DNA from: Sphaeroforma arctica JP610
Taxonomy: Eukaryota
Reading direction: 5' to 3'
NCBI RefSeq assembly: GCF_001186125.1
Contig: NW_014040434.1
Coordinates: 16,023 to 52,950 of the forward strand
Length of the DNA stretch: 36,928 bases
Shown one piece after another: positions 10,952 to 23,024 of the stretch. The position numbers and the translations under genes are program-made. The notes beneath the pieces were generated by a model. The model was not told the DNA's origin. It saw only the letters and a list, made by a program, of their open reading frames with translations, and did no database searches. The first letter of the stretch is position 1, and every line of letters begins with the position of its first letter.

Positions 10952-13544
10952 AAGCTGATATTTGGGATTTCTGGACAATTCGATGTGGGTGCGTGCACCA
11001 AACCCTACGTTAGTGTTGCGTGGAAAGACGAAGCAGTGAATCAACCCGGACCCTCTCTACATGCCCGACATATTTGTATGGTTGCCCGAAATATACTATA
11101 GCCTCTCAAGTTATAGCTTGCCCAAGGTATAAATCTGTCAAGACAGAATCAGATGGATGGCCTAACAACAATCCTAGAGCATGGCAAGTGTACGGATGGG
11201 ACATAGATTACTATACCATGCCGAGAAGACATGTGTATCACGCTTGCACAAAAGGATCTATGGCGCGTGATTCTGAAGTAATCACCGCTTTACCTGAAGA
11301 TGCTCAGCTGGATTTTCCGGCTTATATGACAGCTAAGAGTGCTGTGAATGCGAAGTTGGCGCAAGATTTGCTGCTGAACCAGTATTATGAATCAGGAACG
11401 GTCATTAGCCTCAGAGAAACAGTTGAGGTGAGATATTTGAAACAGTATACTGCACAAGTATTGGCCTGGTGCAGAAATACGGCCTCCGGTCAGTCTAAAA
11501 TATCAAGATCAAATGAAATAACACTTTTGTTTTTAATTGTATTTAAAATGATTTAATTCTTTTTCCAATATTTCCGAAGTGTTCTAAATTCACTTTGATG
11601 GCTTCAATAGCCTGAGTATTTGGTATGACTCATTTACTTGGACCTATTTGAGACGATAGTAGATGTAGGATATTATAAACTAAGTTTATAATTTCTGAAC
11701 TACTACTTACAGGTTTTGGTCTTCCCCCCAATCTCCAAAATCCAATAAGTCTTTTTCTTATTTTAACTTTTCTTCAGATTGAATTTTATTTATATTAGCT
11801 AATGTATTATCTTGACTTACGTTCTTATGTCTAACTACAAATTAGACATGTGGTTATGAACACTTAGTACTTCTAGTGAAAATTATTCAATAAAGAACAG
11901 CTAGAGGTACGTCCTGTGTGATCGACGATATTAAGGCTTTTACCAAGAGGCAGTCCCGATCATTCTTACACAAGCTACCACTGCGAAATCCTAACTGACT
12001 TAAATTATATTTTAGTTTATATATCATAGTTTAAAACATATAAATATCCATCGAAGTTTACACTGGTACCTTTTCTTAGAAACATATAAGAATAAGCTAG
12101 GCGACAACAATATTTTGTACAGACCTGACTATGCCAAGAAAGCAAAGGCGTTTTCATTGTTCGCGGATCCTAAAGGCTACTGGGGAACATTCTTCAGCAC
12201 TAAGTATACATCTAGGCGATCTCATGAATAGTCTGGCACAAAACGATCGTGGATACTTCGATCTTCGTATGCAGAACTTAGCTGGTAAGATAATGAAAAT
12301 TGACTACAGCTTCAAATTGCCGAAACGTGTTGTTCATGATGGAAAAATACGCCGCTAATATGGGTCTTTGTTCTCGATCGTTAATGACCACGAGCAAATT
12401 CTGCAGATGCACTTTTGTGCAACGAAAACCGTAGTCGAGATCGAAGAGCCCATCAGGTTGATAGTAGAACGATGCATTTGTTTAGGCACTAAGTTCTGGA
12501 TAGTATACACCGACAGTATAAGTGATGAAAAAATGCTAAAGCGCCCCGTTCCAGAGCTACTCAGTAATGAAGTTGCACCCATTTGACCGGCAAGGAATGA
12601 TACTTGCAGTCTACAACCGAATAACTGTCAAGGATGTCAGTAAATTGAATTACGGAATATCAATTCTGGTGAATTCGAATATGAATTGGAACTTTCCACA
12701 TGTATACGCTCTTGATTGTGAATGGGAAGTTGAATATCAAGGCTCAAAGGTATCCAAACTTGGCCTCATACAAATCGAAAACAATAGGGTGGCATTGTTG
12801 ATTCGATTACCACTATTGATGAATAAAAATATCGTACTTTTGCCGGTTCAACTTCGCGGGTTCTTAGAACAGAACAATGCAACGTGGGTGGGTTCTAAGG
12901 TTGTATCTGTTGATATACGATATATGCGTCTATTGTACGATATAAACAAGACAGGCGGCTGCGATCTGGCTTTATTTTTGAAGGATAGACGTCGAATAGA
13001 CCAGGAAAATATGAGGCTTCAAAATATAACGGAAATAGTACTAGAAGAGTACTTGCCCAAACCTGAGTCAATCCGAAGCAGAATGTGGGGAGCTGCTGAT
13101 TTAAGTAAGGAACAATTGGCATATGCAGCGCTTGATCTGTATATACCGTACAAGCTATACTGAATGGGGGTGGAAGCACCGCATCGCTCTCTTGAGGCAA
13201 TAGGCACAACAGGTCTTATATTTTTATACACGAGGTCTGAGAGTGCGATGGTAGCTAAGGGCGAGCTTTGTGAAAATGCGGACGAACTAAGCAATTGAAA
13301 GTTGTATAAGGATGATGGCTCGCAGCCAATCTGGAATGTACCTCGATCGAGAGGGAATGTAGCGGCGGCATACACATTTAATAGACGTATTGTGAAGGCC
13401 TTGAAAGTCGTGAATCCAGCTGCCACATTACCTTATCCGAAGGACAGCCAAAGTGATACACTACGCGACACATATGACTGTTTCGATGAGATACTATTTC
13501 TTGTAACCTGCAATACATCGATGTTGATGGTTAAGATAGCATAG
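10952..13544 (+). pseudogene. Mutator-like transposase pseudogene: DUF6729-like domain, first two catalytic Asp motifs and embedded 3'-5' exonuclease
   Basis: PLYMPDIFVWLP; DGWPNNNPRAWQVYGWDIDYY; LPEDAQLDFPAYMTAKSAV; FSLFADPKGYWG; GKIMKIDYSFKLPK (D1); IVYTDS (D2); then the exonuclease. The AT-rich stretch ~11490-12080 with GT/AG sites suggests introns. Several stops and frameshifts. Confidence 0.7.
12567..13163 (+). CDS. DEDDy 3'-5' exonuclease domain (WRN/EXD2/Mut-7-like) within the transposase pseudogene
   Basis: ExoI YALDCEW, LIQI, LPVQLRGFLE, ExoII VGSKVVSVDIRYM, ExoIII WGAADLSKEQLAYAALD. All D-E-D-Y-D residues are present. Confidence 0.92.
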   Translation: MKLHPFDRQGMILAVYNRITVKDVSKLNYGISILVNSNMNWNFPHVYALDCEWEVEYQGSKVSKLGLIQIENNRVALLIRLPLLMNKNIVLLPVQLRGFLEQNNATWVGSKVVSVDIRYMRLLYDINKTGGCDLALFLKDRRRIDQENMRLQNITEIVLEEYLPKPESIRSRMWGAADLSKEQLAYAALDLYIPYKLY

Positions 13545-13697
13545 ACAGCATAGCTACACCAGTGTGTCTCAGTATGTAAATAGATATTTGTACATGTAAA
13601 AATATATACAATAGTAAATTAATGAGCATTTGTTGATATTTTTTCCTTATTTAGCATGTACATATGTTCAGTGATATCCGTGCATTAGTATATATCT

Positions 13698-15092
13698 CTA
13701 CAAATATGCATTGCGTATGCCACCATATGGCTTCTTACAACTGTTGTTATCGTTACAATTTGAGCGCCTCTTACGTTGCGTGCGTTTGGGTTTTTGAATA
13801 CGACCAGATTGTATCCTAGATACAGCGTGTGGCGTTGTAAATTGATTTGCTGTATTCACCGCAGTAAACTGATTTGATGTATTGAAGGCTGTATTGATAA
13901 TATACCATCATATGTTAGGATGATAGTGCAGCTGCGGTGCTTGACTGCTAAATGGTATAATTGTTTGAGATTGCTGTGTTTGCATAGGAGGCTGTGTTTG
14001 CACAGGGTCTGGAGCTAAATTGTTATCAGGTGTGAGTATTACTGACATATAATGTCTAGCACTCTTGCCTTTCATACCAGTCCGAATTCCACCAGGAACT
14101 GGTTTCTCCGTTGCAACGGGTCTGGGTAACTGGCTAGTACCGTGAGCCTGGCCAAGGGGTGGCAAAAAGTTTACATCAATGTCACTAACTGTAAGCCCCG
14201 GATCCGGTATGGAAGGATTCGCTTCCTCAAGTCTATGTGCTTGTGCATATTCAAGATTTGACGCTTTAGTGACCTCCTCAGAAACAGTATCACTCAGTAG
14301 CTCTCGGTGAAGACTGCTGACGTCCCGTTGATTCTCGGTTATAGATTTGTGCACAGCAGCGCGCTTCTTGAGTTGAGCCTATGCTGTTTCGAAATGAACC
14401 GGAAGTTTGAGAAATATTGTACGGCCATCCCCTTTAAAATTCCAACGTTCCTTCAGCTTCTTCATGAATGCTTTTGAATCAAGCTTTAGACTCTCTGCAT
14501 TCAATTCGCGATTAGGTTTCACGCAGAGAAACCACTCCTCGATCATTTGCATATCTTGACAAACACACGGAAGACCCTGGACATTAGCTACGTGGAGATG
14601 ATCATTTTCTATACCGACCGACTGAATTCATTCTATCAGATCGTCTGTGATGTCATCTGCAAACAAGTGACTCAAACTCGCGAGCCAAACGTTTCGCTTG
14701 TGGGCACAAAACCATCAGGACGCGGCCAGAGATCACCAACAGTACGGTAGTCTTTGGTTGTGTAAGGTCGTACACTGTATGCCTCGCCCGTTAGCTCTGA
14801 GAAAAGCATAGCGCATTTATCTACGTACTGAGTGTTACAATGCCCTATTTCTGGAACACCTAGTCGACACACAGCTTGTTTGTAGTTTCGCTTGTGTCTA
14901 AAATAAGCAAGCACGTTGTCTGAAATCTCCCACTTACTATCTTACAACCAAACTTTCTACTCACTGCTTGGTGCACACCTGACTCCACACTATTCGTTCC
15001 CCAAAGATACTTATACAAGGTCAGTTCATCTTTATCTCGACCTACAGGTGAATACATTCGGATACAGGGTGGATCCGATAAGTATCCATTTC
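13698..15092 (-). pseudogene. C-terminal half of the same transposase family, in opposite orientation
   Basis: GYLSDPPCIRMYSPVGRDKDELTLYKYLWGTNSVESGVHQ (Mutator-type TN..E.H catalytic Glu), LAYFRHKRN...GHCN...TSETFG, DGRTIFLKLPVH, then a P/Q-rich tail ending KPKRTQRKRRSNCNDNNSCK...* at 13698. Confidence 0.7.
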
Positions 15093-16812
15093 CCAGAACT
15101 GGATCGTGCAGAAGCCCTTCCGCAGCTTGAACGGCAAGTCCTACCTCTTCTGACCGAAGCGCCAAGATCAATGCGCTGATGAAGTACATAGTCACTTCCT
15201 ATTGGCACCTGATTGACTCGTTCATTACGCCCTCGACAACGGCGATTCAGTATATCGCATTAGTATTGTTGGAGTTTGGGTCTATGCGCCACCTATTTTC
15301 ATAATGGGCCAAGAATCCTGCATCTTCCAGATTGCTGCTTCCCTAGAGGGACCTGACAAGGGACTACCCTACTACCGCATCGTGCGCCTCCGTGAATTTG
15401 CTGGGATTGTACCCCGCACGACTGTGATGATGGCTTACCGTGATCTGGAGGAGATCCAAGGTGCTTACGTGTACCAAGAAGCTACCAACCGTCTTCCCCT
15501 CGGAGCTAAGGCTTACTTGGAAGAACCCACCCCCCAAATGTCCGCCTTGGAGTTGCGTACTGAGCTTTCACGTGCCCAGGCTAAGACCAAAGAGCTGACT
15601 AAGACCATCGAGAACAAGGATGCCCAAGCGGCTGAGGGAGCTAGCCTCACTGATGAGCAGAAGGCAGCAAGGGCGGCCCAGCGCGCCAAGGAGCAAGCTG
15701 GGAAGAAAAAGCGCGAACGCAAGGAAAAGGGAAGAGGAGCGGAAAAGACGCGAGCATGAAATTGTATCTCATGACGAGTCCGACGTCCCTCTTAAGCCTG
15801 AGGGACCCTTCCGTTTCTCCTACAGCCGCCGTCGATGGCTCCTGCGTGATGCTGAGGATGCCTTTGACGAGAATGGTGAGATCAAGGACTGGAGCGATGG
15901 TTTCGTGTATGAGGAATCTCTCAAAGCATGGGTCCCTGAGCGTCCAGAATACTATCTACACGAAAGCATGGAAGCGTACTGCTCCCAAGCTGTCTAACCA
16001 AAACGAGTTCATCACCAATGACACGTTTGCTGGAGAATCTCCATAAGGGAGCTAGCCAGGACCGCCGCCCTGCGCATGCTCTTCTCATCGCCTATGCCAT
16101 GTCCTACGCCACGATTCAACTCTAATTGAGCGCTATCTCGACAACTTCCATCAGCGTACCACTGACTTTTTCCAGATATCCTGGAGAACTTGGTTAAAGC
16201 TTCCTTTATTGGTTTCATCCATAACCAGGCAGATTTTTCTTTCGGCACTGCAATCCTGAAGAAATCTTACGCGCGTAAGTACCCCAACTACAGCCCGGAG
16301 CCACGCGCCATTGAGCTACCTCGTGAACGCGATCGGGGACGTAACCGCAATAGAAACAACGACCGAAATGGTCGTGATAGCAATGGTGGTGACAGCGCCG
16401 TGGCGGTGACAACAAATTTCGTGGAGATCGTAACCGTGACCGTGACCTTGATGACCGCGAATGCGATAGCCGCGACCGTGGCTACGACAATGACCGTAAT
16501 GACCGCCGTGACGGCGACTTTCGTGGCGACCGTAACAACTCTCACTCACGCTATGGCCGCTCTGATGACTGTGACTCCAGCTTCATACGTAATGACTCTG
16601 GCCTGGACTCTCGCTCCCAGTCTACGACCCCGGCACCCCATGATAACCGTGGCCGTTCACAATCCCGCGATGCACGTAATGCACTTCTCGTATCCCTCCC
16701 GCCAACCCGGTTACTCTGCGTAAGAATGCCGATGGGGAGAATGTATGCAACACAACTGCTTCAAACCTGGTCATCAAGCTGCCTAGTGCCCTGACAATAC
16801 TTACCGCAACTG
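15093..16812 (+). pseudogene. gag: gag of element 2
   Basis: Broken ORFs 15304-16723 with a coiled-coil-like segment and an RD-rich low-complexity tract. Zn knuckle remnant NCFKPGHQAA*CP at ~16750-16793. Confidence 0.7.
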
Positions 16813-16819
16813 AAATCGC

Positions 16820-19800
16820 GTGGGCCCGGTGATTCCTGCTGGCTTTGGCTCTCCTCGTGTGCTATGTCATGATGACGACGGTGCTATGCCGAATCTTATA
16901 AACAAACAACTGGCAATAACTGAAGGTCTGGAGATCCAGAACATCGCGCCTGTATTCATGAAAGTGTTCGGGGGTGTTACGATTCAATCCCCTACACAAC
17001 AAGTTACTACTTCAGTACTCATACAAGTGTACATTGATGCTTCTCGCACGAATTACTTTGAAACGAAAGAATCTGTTTTCTATCTATCTGATTAAGTTTA
17101 CAATGGCTGTTATTTTTATGGAGCTTTATGAGCCAAAGAGATAACTTATTGGGACCAGTCTATTGCATCACCAAATTTTGGAATATAGGTACAGGACCAA
17201 GCTCCTGCCCTTCCTTTGAAGACTACACCATCCTTGGCACTCCCGTCGGCCCCTTATATTGGCCTCGTGGTACCGGCTCTCGTGCATGAGGCCGCGGTGG
17301 TTGAGTTTGAACGTCGCTGTCGTGATTCTCCAAGAATCCTGCGAGAATATAACTGGGGTGGTGTAAGACGCTGCGGCTATATACATGCACATAACATCTC
17401 AAGAGGTCAAAGAGTTTAAATAGTATCCGGACGATGAATCAAATCACAATTTGATATTTGGTATGAAGTTGACATCAAAATCAAAGAGGATGCTAAACCA
17501 CAATCTATCAAGTGGGAGCAAGAAATATGTGATCGCGACTATGCTCGTGGCATCATATAGCCTGGTAACTACTTTTCACCGTACATGTCTAGTGCTGTTC
17601 TAGCTCGGAAGGACTCCCGTGTTAAGCCAGAGTCATTAAAGACGTTCTCTACTGGCATAATTATAATGCCAACAATGTGAATTTTGAAGTTGTAATTTAT
17701 CCAATGCCCACAGAGCAGGAATGCTTGGACCATATTCGGCGGGGTGACATTGAATCTACCATAGATATGGCATGCAGCTTTAACCAACTGCGCTACACAG
17801 AGCGCTCACGTAAATACCTTACGTGGATGATGTCCACGGGTGATATTTGACAACCCTTCAATGAAGTCTTCGGGGTTAAAATGATGACATTTGATTTGCA
17901 AGCATTCATGGACCGTTCGTTTGCTACTCTCCACGAGGTGCTTAAGCACTTCGTGGACGATGGGGCTATGGCCCACTGGGGCCGCATGGCTATTAACCGA
18001 CACTGGAATGACATGATTGCCTATGCAAAGATTTGAATATGCTCAATATCCGCTTACGGGCTTCTATGTGTCACCTGATGCTACTACGAGAGGCGGACAA
18101 GATATTTTACGGTCGACAAACTATCCATAAATATACAACTATTACTGAGGATCGGCTCAAGGCTATTATTTTTATGCCCCCTCCCCCCCTACCCCCTCCC
18201 CCCTCCCCCCAAAGACCAAAGAAGGAGCGCAACTATTTTGCGCTACTCTTAACTGGTGGTCTCAATATATCCCTAATCTGGCTATAATGCTGGCCCCATT
18301 AACAGACTTGACATCTAAAAATACACGATTCCATTATTCTGAGGCCTGCCATGCTGCTTATATTATGATTGAAGAAGCTATCCAGGGTATGTTGGTTACC
18401 CCTTACCCCTTGCACTATCTCCACATGTTCGTGGATGCATGCCCCATTGGCATAAGATGTGGCCTCTTTGTGCTTACTCCTCGCAAAGGTGAGCCGCCTG
18501 CAGCCTTCCCCAAGGGTTGGGTTCAACCCCTGAGCTCTAAGCGTCTGGATAACACCGATGCTGCCTTGGCGAACAAACGTACTCGCCAAAATCGCGAATT
18601 TACTACCCCCCGTGGCCCTACCCCACCACCACTGAAATCCCCTCCTGGTCGACCTTCGCCTACGAAGCGTTCCCTGCCTTCCCCGATAGCCCCTGACTTC
18701 ACACTCCCAATTCTCAAACGGCTTTGGACAACGCAGAAAGAAAAGCTTTCTGAACGAGAACACGTATTCCTTGCGCGGGCGCACAAGCATTTTTGCCGCA
18801 CCACTTTGGTCGAAGACCAATCTCAGGTGGTTGACCCCCGAATCGACGGTTTCTGTATCAACGGCATAGACCGTCTTTATCCTTTCTCCTACCACAGTAC
18901 CAAACTCCATGCGGCTCAACGTCGCTATCACATCTGTGACTTGAAAACTATGTCTATTGCCTATGGTGTGGATAAACAAGAAATGAATATTACAGCCAAA
19001 TATAATTTCCTCATCATCTGGACCGACCACCTCGACGTGCTCAACTTCTTTCACGTCAATTTTCCCTTGCCTGAGACTACTCTCGGCGACAGGCTTAAAC
19101 GCCTCGTTGAATAGGTTCGCCGCCATCGTGTAGATATCCGCCATACACCAGGCGAATGGAACTACAGTCCAAGAAGTAGACTGCTTTACCGAATATTAAA
19201 CCATAGCTCCAAATAAAATGATTTCATGGTAGTGATTCGTTAAAAAGAAAAGAGAACTCTTCCCAGGGCTCCAACTGACGTCACGTAGTTCATTTGCGTT
19301 ACCGCCTTAATTATCCTCGTCGAGGCTCGGGAATATTAATCCGATTCCTTTTCGATAGGCGGCGCTCCACCCGAAGGCTTTGCACAACTTTAATACCGTC
19401 GCCGACATGCTTTCGCGCCAGCCTGCGCACTTGGACTCCATTATGCCTTTTTGTTCATAAACACGTAACTTAGGGCCCTGTGGATGAGATTCCACAAAAT
19501 CCTTTCCCTATTGCATTCTTATCCCCTAACCCTCATGCCTATTCGGATGAGCTCATGCTAAACTCTGCTTGGACATCCCTCATCTTCAGAAAATGGGGGG
19601 TACCGAAGGCTGGTTTTGGGGGACTTTTGTGCTGGTTAACCCACCGTGGCGGAACTATCAGGAGTTCTTCCGCCATTTTCTGGCTACTCGCTACTAGTTG
19701 CTCATGGCTCCCAGTCTTCTTTCATTTGCTAATAGCTATGCCTATAGTTATCCCAAATGCACCGGATGCTAAAACATCCCTCGTTATGCCTCCATGACCC

Positions 19801-21925
19801 TACACCATTGCAGGTCTTATCTCTAGCGCCACTCGAACACCAAACGAATATCTCCCTACTCCTGCTTCCTTTTGGAAATCACTTGGTGCCATAGGTCCCC
19901 CGCCGGCTGTACTAAACCCGCAACCTACTAATTTAGTTCCTATTATGGTCTTAACCAAACGCCGCCCATGTGCGTTCAAAATGTACTCTCAATAAGAGAC
20001 AGCTATTGGTAACTTGCTGCGAGCTCACCACAAAGTATCTCGGCAAATACGCCAAAAGGAAGCATGGACTTGGAAATGGCCAAAGACATCCGCTTCTAGT
20101 CCTCCTGCCTTTGATGCACCTGCTACAACTACAACTACTCCGCAAAGCTCCATTAATGCAACAGGTGTAATCAACTATAATGATGGGGACCTTATGAATG
20201 GTGACATCTTAGACAAGGTGGTCGACCTGGATGCCGTGGATGAACCAGATACTTCGCCAGCTTCTTTTTCTACTCCTCCATCCCCTAATACATCCACGGC
20301 ATTGGTACCACCTTACCGGGCCCCTCCTGAGCCGGACGGTGAATTACTGGAGGATTATACCCCTACTACTAGTCATGTGCTACTGCAGTCCCCCCTTCCT
20401 CCCCTGCCGGTGAGTGGTGCTGTAGATCCCCTGGCGGATGATAGCCCCCTTGGCTACACGTTACTGCCGCCGGACTCCCAACGAACGTATACAGTATCTC
20501 ATGTTGTGGCTCATGATGCCCCACTAAAACTTCTACAGAGGTCGTTCCAGCCACCCCCTCCCCGTCTTATCAACCGCTTACTCTTGATGAGGTGCTCGCG
20601 GAGCTTTCTACGAAAGTCTACACCTGCCACACGCGAGTTATTCCACCTAAGTAGGTTCCTGAGTGCATATGGTCGACACATGCAAAGCGTGGCCACCTGC
20701 GCCTTCGCCGTTTGAAGCGAGCTTTCGAGGAACAATTCCATTGGTCCTTTCCAGACGACTTTCTACTCCGATTGGTGATTTCCTGCCCTGGTTGTAGCTT
20801 GGAAGGTTTATAGCCTGGCCCTACTATGGGTCTTTTAACCCAACCTACGCGGGGGGGAAATTTTGGTGTGATCCGCCACTTGGAATTTAAAAAGATGTCC
20901 GAGACTTCGTGTGGCTTTAAGTACAAGATGTTCTGTATTGATGAGCATGCCAAAGTGGTACGCGGTGCAGCTTTTCGTCATGATGAAAAGACCTCTGCTA
21001 ATGTAATCTTGCAGCGGAAACAGCAGCCTGAGCAAAGGGCTTCTACTGACCAATATTTGGCTGATGATGATAGCCCATTCAATTACGATATGTTCCGTAA
21101 TTGGTGCCGGTCTGAATCTCGACCTCCATATTGTTTTTGTAAATGATCACCGCCATAATGGCCTTGTCGAGGAACTCATCGACACGTGGTGTGCTTGGGT
21201 AATTCGGAACGGATACCAACGTACATGGTATATCAATGGCTGGAAGTTTGCACGCGATATGAATTCTAGAGTTAACATGGTTGCAAACGTGTCTCCCTAT
21301 ACACTCGTCACTAATCGACCCTACCACCACTCTGCACACAAAGAATTAGAGAGTATTATCAATTAAGACTTTCCTGACGGGGAACAATCAATCACTTTAA
21401 TACCGCCTCCTACTGATCGCGACGGAGATGTCTGGGAACGTAATCGTAACGCTTAAAAATCTGGGGGCAAACAGGCCAATGAAATGCGCTACGATGCACC
21501 CCTTCTTGCCGTGGGCCGTAAGGTTATGTACAAACTCAAAGTATACCCCTTATCTGCCCGTACACTTTGGGGGGTCAGCAATTGAGCCAGATATTACAAT
21601 GGGTTCGTTGGTACTATATGCGGTGAAGCCAAATTACATGGTATTTTCTCGGGTTAGCATGTGGAAGAAATATCAGCGAAGGGCTGTAATAGAGAAAGAC
21701 AAGCAGAAAGATCTTGTTTTGACTGCGGAGTATGCTGTGGACACAGGAGTTCATGCTGCTGTCCCATGCTCCAAGTCATACGATCGGCAAGGCAAGCCAT
21801 TTCTTGCAACGAAAGAAATAATTACAACCGTCCTGAGACTAAACGATGAAGTCAAGAGATTGATCAAATTAGAATCGCACTGTAGGTTTACGCAAGACAA
21901 GAAAGGCTGTGAAGAACGCTACTGA
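16820..21925 (+). pseudogene. pol: pol of element 2 (PR, RT, RNase H, integrase; many stops and frameshifts)
   Basis: PR-like HDDDGAMPNLI. RT YPMPTEQECLD, STIDMACSFNQL, QAFMDR, KHFVDD, LAPLTDLTSKN. RNase H FVDACPIG, YHSTKLHAAQRRY, WTDH, HTPGEWN/TVADMLSR. Integrase GFKYKMFCIDEHAK, LADDDSPF, HRHNGLVEE, VSPY. Confidence 0.88.
19162..19391. mobile_element. ~230-bp unidentified insertion in element 2 RNase H
   Basis: Splits the conserved HTPGEWN|TVADMLSR motif; removing it restores the motif. Confidence 0.6.
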
Positions 21926-22131
21926 GGATACGAAGGAATATGCTGGAGCAAGGCAGACTATCAGCTCAGTATGCCGCCTGATGTGTATGCTGAACGACCC
22001 AATGCATGAGCCGTTGTTTATGGCTTCGAACGAGAGACACCAGAACCGTGTCATTGTGGTCAAGACCGAGTAGCGCTTAGTAAAGACAATTTTAAGTCTG
22101 AAATAAGTGAACTCAGTCTGAAGTGCTATGG

Positions 22132-23024
22132 CGATTATCTTCTCGTGTTCAAAAAAAGTTTTAAATTCTTGATGTGTTATATATTATGGGAGTATGGTGT
22201 GGTGTCATCAGGAGCATACTCGAGTCGGGCGCGCTTTCGGTGACTCCTGTGGATAAAGTACCCTAGGCGGATATTCAGGACCGCACCAGAGGACCGGACC
22301 AGAGGACCGAACCGATTAGTGGAATAGATAATTCAATGAGATAAAAGTGATGACTCATCCAAAACCATAAAGATGGGTAGTTTCACATAGCCTGATGGTA
22401 GAGAAAGCCTCGTTCCACATAGGATCGTGTTTAATAATTATAGCAGGCGCGCCATTCCCAATGGCACTTCTGACAGAGTTCACTTGTTTCAGACTTAACA
22501 CTCTTTACTAAGCGTTACTCGGTTTCGATTCTTCTCGTGTTCAAAAAGTTTTAAATTCTTGATGTGCTATATATTATGGGAGTATGGTGTGGTGTCACCA
22601 TGAGCATACTCGAGTCGGGCGCGCTTTCGGTGACTCCTGTGGATAAAGTACCCTAGGCGAATATTTAGGACCGGACCAGAGGACCGGACCTGAGGGAGAA
22701 ATTTAGGACCGTACCAGAGGACCGAGCCTAGGTAATTTTTTAAGAACCGGACCAGAGGACCGAACCTAGGGGATTATTTGAGGACCGAGCCAGGGGACCG
22801 GACCGATTAATGGAATAGATAATTCAAAGAGATAAAAGTGATGACTCATCCAAAACCATCGAGATGGGTAGTTTCACATAGCCTGATGAAAGAGAAAGCC
22901 TCGTTCCACATAGGATCGTGATTAATAATTATAGCAGGCGCGCCATTCCCAATGGCACTTCTGACAGAGTTCACTTGTTTCAGACTTAACACTCTTTACT
23001 AAGCGTTACTCGGTTTAGATCACA
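22132..23024 (+). repeat. Tandem duplication of 3' UTR + PPT + LTR of element 2 (LTRs 22198-22529 and 22588-23024)
   Basis: Two direct copies of tcttctcgtgttcaaaaa...gggagtatgg|tgtggtgtca...gcgttactcggttt. The second has an expanded gaggaccggacc array and ends in ATCACA. Confidence 0.93.

Larger units (their letters stand above)
15093..23024 (+). mobile_element. Ty3/Gypsy LTR retrotransposon (element 2), 5'-truncated and decayed
   Basis: Order gag(CCHC)-PR-RT-RNase H-integrase, then PPT and LTR TGTGG...ATCACA. No 5' LTR is found, so the left boundary is approximate. Confidence 0.88.

Noticed and set aside
12567..13163. Host WRN/EXD2 gene
   Set aside because: Flanked in the same orientation by transposase-type motifs and broken by stops; no RecQ helicase or other host-gene context.
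18299..19144. 281-aa antisense ORF
   Set aside because: Shadow of the pol frame on the opposite strand with no recognisable motif.
22268..22805. gaggaccggacc short repeats as CRISPR or iterons
   Set aside because: This is an LTR-internal minisatellite in U3.
22875..22915. Hammerhead ribozyme-like CTGATGA...GAAA in the element 2 LTR
   Set aside because: No stem II, weak stems I and III, and the first LTR copy reads CTGATGG.
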